DNA of 28,002 nucleotides from Fidelibacterota bacterium (GTDB lineage: Bacteria; Fidelibacterota; Marinisomatia; Marinisomatales; TCS55): positions 1 to 28,002 of the forward strand of contig JAZFSI010000113.1 of NCBI GenBank assembly GCA_036446075.1, read 5' to 3'. The notes under the pieces are model-generated. The model was not told the DNA's origin and made no database searches. It saw only the letters and a program-made list of their open reading frames with translations. The position numbers and the translations under genes are program-made. Below are positions 24,868 through 28,002 of this stretch, piece after piece. How positions within the stretch are numbered: the first letter of the stretch is position 1; each line of letters starts with the position of its first letter.

Positions 24868-27867
24868 ATGCCATTATTGAATTCGGGTTTTACACCTAAT
24901 CAGGCTCAAAAAAGAGCCATTGAACATCCGCCGGCGCCGCTCATGATTCTGGCCGGTGCAGGAACGGGTAAAACCTGGACACTCATCCAGCGCCTTGTTT
25001 ATTTTATTACAGAATTGAAAATTCCTGCTGATACGATACTTACCATTACCTATACGGAAAAAGCAGCCCAGGAATTATCAGCCAGAATATTAGATAAAAT
25101 AGGATCCCGGGCCGCCGGTATCACCGTCAGTACATTCCATGCATTTTGTTTTAATATTGTTAAAAAATTCGGTTATAAAAATAATAAAATTCCCAGATTG
25201 ATGGAAGATGGAGATGCCGTTTATCTCCTGTTAAATCATTTTGACTCATTTGGTCCCTTTGATTCAAAAGAATTTCCAAGGGATCCTGTTTCGGCTGTAA
25301 TTAAAAGTTTTATCCCGTTTTTTAACCGTATCCGGGACGAAATTATAGATTTATCAGCCTGGGATAATCCCCGGGAAGATGGAATATTATTTACTTCGGA
25401 AACAATTTCTCAACTTAACGATTTGAGACGCATTTTTCCAATTTTTCAAATGTTAAAAAGAAAACAAAATCGAGTAGATTACGGTGATATGATTTCAAAA
25501 TGTCACGAACTAATCAAAACAGATCCGGGTATTTTATCTGACCTGACACTTAAATACGAACATATAATCATAGACGAATTCCAGGATAATAATTTTGCCT
25601 TAAATGAGGTTATAGGATTAATTGCCGATAAACACGGCAGCATTACTGTCGTCGGCGATGACGATCAAATTATTTATACTTTCAGAGGTGCCAGTGCCTA
25701 TAATATTAATGAATTTCGATCTCGATATAAACGATTTAAAGATTATAAGGAAATTTCTTTGGAGGAGAATTTTAGATCACATTTTCAAATACTTAAGGCA
25801 GCCAATGAAATAATAGCACAGAACCGGGAACGGGTTCCTAAAATATTAAAACCTTTTAAAAACCGCACTGGACCTCTGCCGGAATTAATTTGGGGCAATA
25901 AAAACGCACAGCACGAATTCATTGTTGAAAAAATACAGGAATTGGGAGAAGCCGGATCTTATGCCTACCATGACATGGCAGTACTATGCCGTACAAGAAA
26001 CCAGGTTAAGGATTTAGCCGGGACTCTTAAAAATGCCCATATACCAGTCACAGCCTATTTAATTGAATATTTCCAGATACCCCTGATAAGAGATCTCATG
26101 TCCTGGTGCCATTTAATCGCTGATTCCGGTTTGGCCGATAGCGCCCTGCACCGTATTCTGAAACATTTTCTTGATGGACGATCACTTTTTTCATTATTCA
26201 GCGGATTTCATAAGCGTAACCCGGAATCACGCTTGAATTTAATCCTGAAGCATTTTGATTTATATTCCTCTGATTTGCAGGAAAAGCTGCGCCTGCCGCT
26301 TAAATTAATTGACACATTAAAAGCAGAAAATATAAAAAAGAACGGGGCGGATATGGTCTGGTCTATTTGTGAAAAAACAAAACTAATTCGTCCTTATATG
26401 GATAATTACGAACTCAATGACCAGACAGCAATTATAAATGCCGCAAAATTTATGGAAAAATCACAAAAATTTTCAAAAAGTCACGAAGAGGATCCATCTT
26501 TAAAAGCTTTTGTAAAGTATATGGATACTCTGCAAAACGCCGGTTCAATGCAGACAATTTACCCCGTTTTTATCCATCGCCGGGGTGGGGTATTAGTGCA
26601 GACTATTCACGGTGTAAAAGGAGCTGAATTTCCCGTAGTGTTTATTCCTCATAATCAGGCCGGGAGTTTTCCTTTAAATTTCATCACCGGTAAACTTCTG
26701 ACCGGCCCTCCTGACTCCTGGCTGCCGTACAATAATGCAACAGCCCTCTCTGCCAAAGAGGGCCATACCCAGGAAGAGCGGCGGCTTTTATATGTAGCCC
26801 TCACCAGGGCCAAGGAAAGATTATTCATTCTGGCGCCGAAAAAAAGAACTTCAAAATTCATCAGATATGATTTACCGCCCCGTTTTATAAAGGAGATCAC
26901 TATGGAATCTAAATTACAGCCTGGGGAACCTAATACTCATGCAGAAATCAGACAAAAGTATGAGGCCAGACTTAATAATGCCTTGTCAACAGACCAATTT
27001 AAAATAGCAAAAAATATGTTATTAAGACTGGAACGATTATCAGAAATAGAAAAAAAGGAAATTTTAACCTGGGGGGAATCCGGCTGGGAACAGGAAATGC
27101 AGACTGAACTAAAAGGTAAATTCACTCCGGACAGATCAAATCAGTTGTTTCTTTCGGCCAGCTCGCTGGATACGTATCATCAATGTCCCTTAAAATACCG
27201 CCTGGCGAATGTGGATAAAATCCCGGAAAAAACCGAAAAGCCGCAATTGGTATTCGGTAATATAATCCATAAAGTATTAGAACAGTTTCATGCTGAAAAT
27301 TCCGAGGAGTCGGAGAAATATCTAGTTAATTTGCTGGAAGAGAATTGGGACAGTAAGAATTTTGATTATTCTTCCCGGGAAGAAAATTTTAAACAGCAGG
27401 GCCTTGATCTCCTGCATCGTTATTTCGAATATATTAAAATAAATCCCCCCAGGATAGCAGCGAGAGAATATAGCTTCTCCTTTAAGATTGAAGAAATCAC
27501 AATAAAAGGGAAAATAGATCGAATAGATTTTGGTCAAAAGGGCTTCGGAGTCATTGATTATAAAACCGGAAAAAATCCAACACTTCCTAAAAATAGTCTA
27601 CAGCTGGCAATATACAGTATATTCCTGCAGCAGGATGATCAGGAATTCGGAGGCAGGCCGGAATTTGGGGGACTTTTCTTTTTGAGGGAAATAAATGATC
27701 CCTTGAAATTACATTCTTTCACAGGAGAAGAACTGGAAACCGTACGTTCGCAGATTATTGACACCGGACAGAAAATTCAAAATGGAGAATATCCTGCAAA
27801 AAAAGGTTTCCACTGCTCTTTTTGTGATTTTAAATCATTGTTGTGCCCGGCCTGGGAACAGGATTGA
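24868..27867 (+). CDS. SF1A UvrD/PcrA-type ATP-dependent helicase fused to a C-terminal RecB/Cas4-like PD-(D/E)xK nuclease with 4-Cys Fe-S staple (AddA/AdnAB-like)
   Basis: AGAGTGKT, TFHAF, DEFQD, GDDDQIIYTFRGA, LEENFRS and EERRLLYVALTRAKE. Nuclease motifs: SASSLDTYHQCPLKY, FGNIIHKVLE, GKIDRID, VIDYKTG, QLAIY, CSFCDFKSLLC. Confidence 0.93.
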   Translation: MPLLNSGFTPNQAQKRAIEHPPAPLMILAGAGTGKTWTLIQRLVYFITELKIPADTILTITYTEKAAQELSARILDKIGSRAAGITVSTFHAFCFNIVKKFGYKNNKIPRLMEDGDAVYLLLNHFDSFGPFDSKEFPRDPVSAVIKSFIPFFNRIRDEIIDLSAWDNPREDGILFTSETISQLNDLRRIFPIFQMLKRKQNRVDYGDMISKCHELIKTDPGILSDLTLKYEHIIIDEFQDNNFALNEVIGLIADKHGSITVVGDDDQIIYTFRGASAYNINEFRSRYKRFKDYKEISLEENFRSHFQILKAANEIIAQNRERVPKILKPFKNRTGPLPELIWGNKNAQHEFIVEKIQELGEAGSYAYHDMAVLCRTRNQVKDLAGTLKNAHIPVTAYLIEYFQIPLIRDLMSWCHLIADSGLADSALHRILKHFLDGRSLFSLFSGFHKRNPESRLNLILKHFDLYSSDLQEKLRLPLKLIDTLKAENIKKNGADMVWSICEKTKLIRPYMDNYELNDQTAIINAAKFMEKSQKFSKSHEEDPSLKAFVKYMDTLQNAGSMQTIYPVFIHRRGGVLVQTIHGVKGAEFPVVFIPHNQAGSFPLNFITGKLLTGPPDSWLPYNNATALSAKEGHTQEERRLLYVALTRAKERLFILAPKKRTSKFIRYDLPPRFIKEITMESKLQPGEPNTHAEIRQKYEARLNNALSTDQFKIAKNMLLRLERLSEIEKKEILTWGESGWEQEMQTELKGKFTPDRSNQLFLSASSLDTYHQCPLKYRLANVDKIPEKTEKPQLVFGNIIHKVLEQFHAENSEESEKYLVNLLEENWDSKNFDYSSREENFKQQGLDLLHRYFEYIKINPPRIAAREYSFSFKIEEITIKGKIDRIDFGQKGFGVIDYKTGKNPTLPKNSLQLAIYSIFLQQDDQEFGGRPEFGGLFFLREINDPLKLHSFTGEELETVRSQIIDTGQKIQNGEYPAKKGFHCSFCDFKSLLCPAWEQD

Positions 27868-27885
27868 AAAATTCGTAGAATTTTT

Positions 27886-28002
27886 CAGTTAGAAGTGACA
27901 AGTTAAGTGTTACGAGTGGTGAAAGTTGTCCCCGCCATCGTCGCTTCGCTCCTAGCGGGACAGGCAGAAATCAGAGGGGAAAATGTGGGTGACGGGTGAC
28001 GA
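27886..28002. repeat. Heptamer tract plus REP-like palindromic element, right copy (inverted relative to the left)
   Basis: GTTAGAA-GTGACAA-GTTAAGT-GTTACGA; hairpin TGTCCCCGC...GCGGGACA (about 27927-27962); ends in GTGACGG-GTGACGA like the start of the 24488/24619 units. Confidence 0.75.

Noticed and set aside
24602-24874. 90-aa minus-strand ORF
   Set aside because: It runs through the heptamer and REP-like repeats, overlaps the helicase start antisense, and has no protein-like features.
2639-27537. The many 60-140-aa ORFs nested in or antisense to long genes (e.g. 4402..4818, 5493..5816, 11982..12272, 15439..15738, 19798..20073, 26655..26900)
   Set aside because: They lie fully over well-supported CDSs, show no recognisable motifs, and are expected by chance.
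24748-27978. Autonomous transposon or IS element
   Set aside because: No transposase or recombinase motifs inside, and I could not identify a target-site duplication.

Overview
A gene-dense, AT-rich chromosomal window from a diderm bacterium. A TonB-dependent receptor, a T9SS/FlgD-type C-terminal domain and SD-led starts suggest the FCB superphylum, possibly Marinimicrobia-like; this is inference only. It holds four blocks. (1) A minus-strand run: alaS - PPC/DUF296 - ridA - DUF5683-like - SNF transporter - membrane protein - dnaQ/dinG fusion. The dinG CDS (1..1161) is missing from the ORF track because it runs off the window edge. (2) A divergent, tightly packed plus-strand run: a small gene broken by an in-frame TAA, an AMIN-like membrane protein, a 43-aa membrane peptide and a secreted HEXXH metallopeptidase. 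(3) A long minus-strand run: M1 aminopeptidase - isochorismatase-like hydrolase - tandem heavy-metal-binding lipoprotein - terminator - half-size GDT1 transporter - two TPR proteins - ispG - two hypotheticals - comM/yifB - lipoprotein - TonB-dependent receptor. (4) An IscR-like Rrf2 regulator followed by a 999-aa UvrD/PcrA helicase fused to a 4-Cys PD-(D/E)xK nuclease. The least ordinary part is 23.6-28.0 kb. There the helicase-nuclease gene is bracketed by ~36-bp inverted REP-like elements (33/36 identical), is preceded by two ~56-bp direct repeats whose palindromic cores have flipped loops, sits among heptamer tracts, and has an in-frame SD+ATG at its helicase/nuclease junction. I found no rRNA, tRNA, CRISPR array, transposase or integrase. 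Most genes are housekeeping, and all system-level proposals are hypotheses; no database search could be run.
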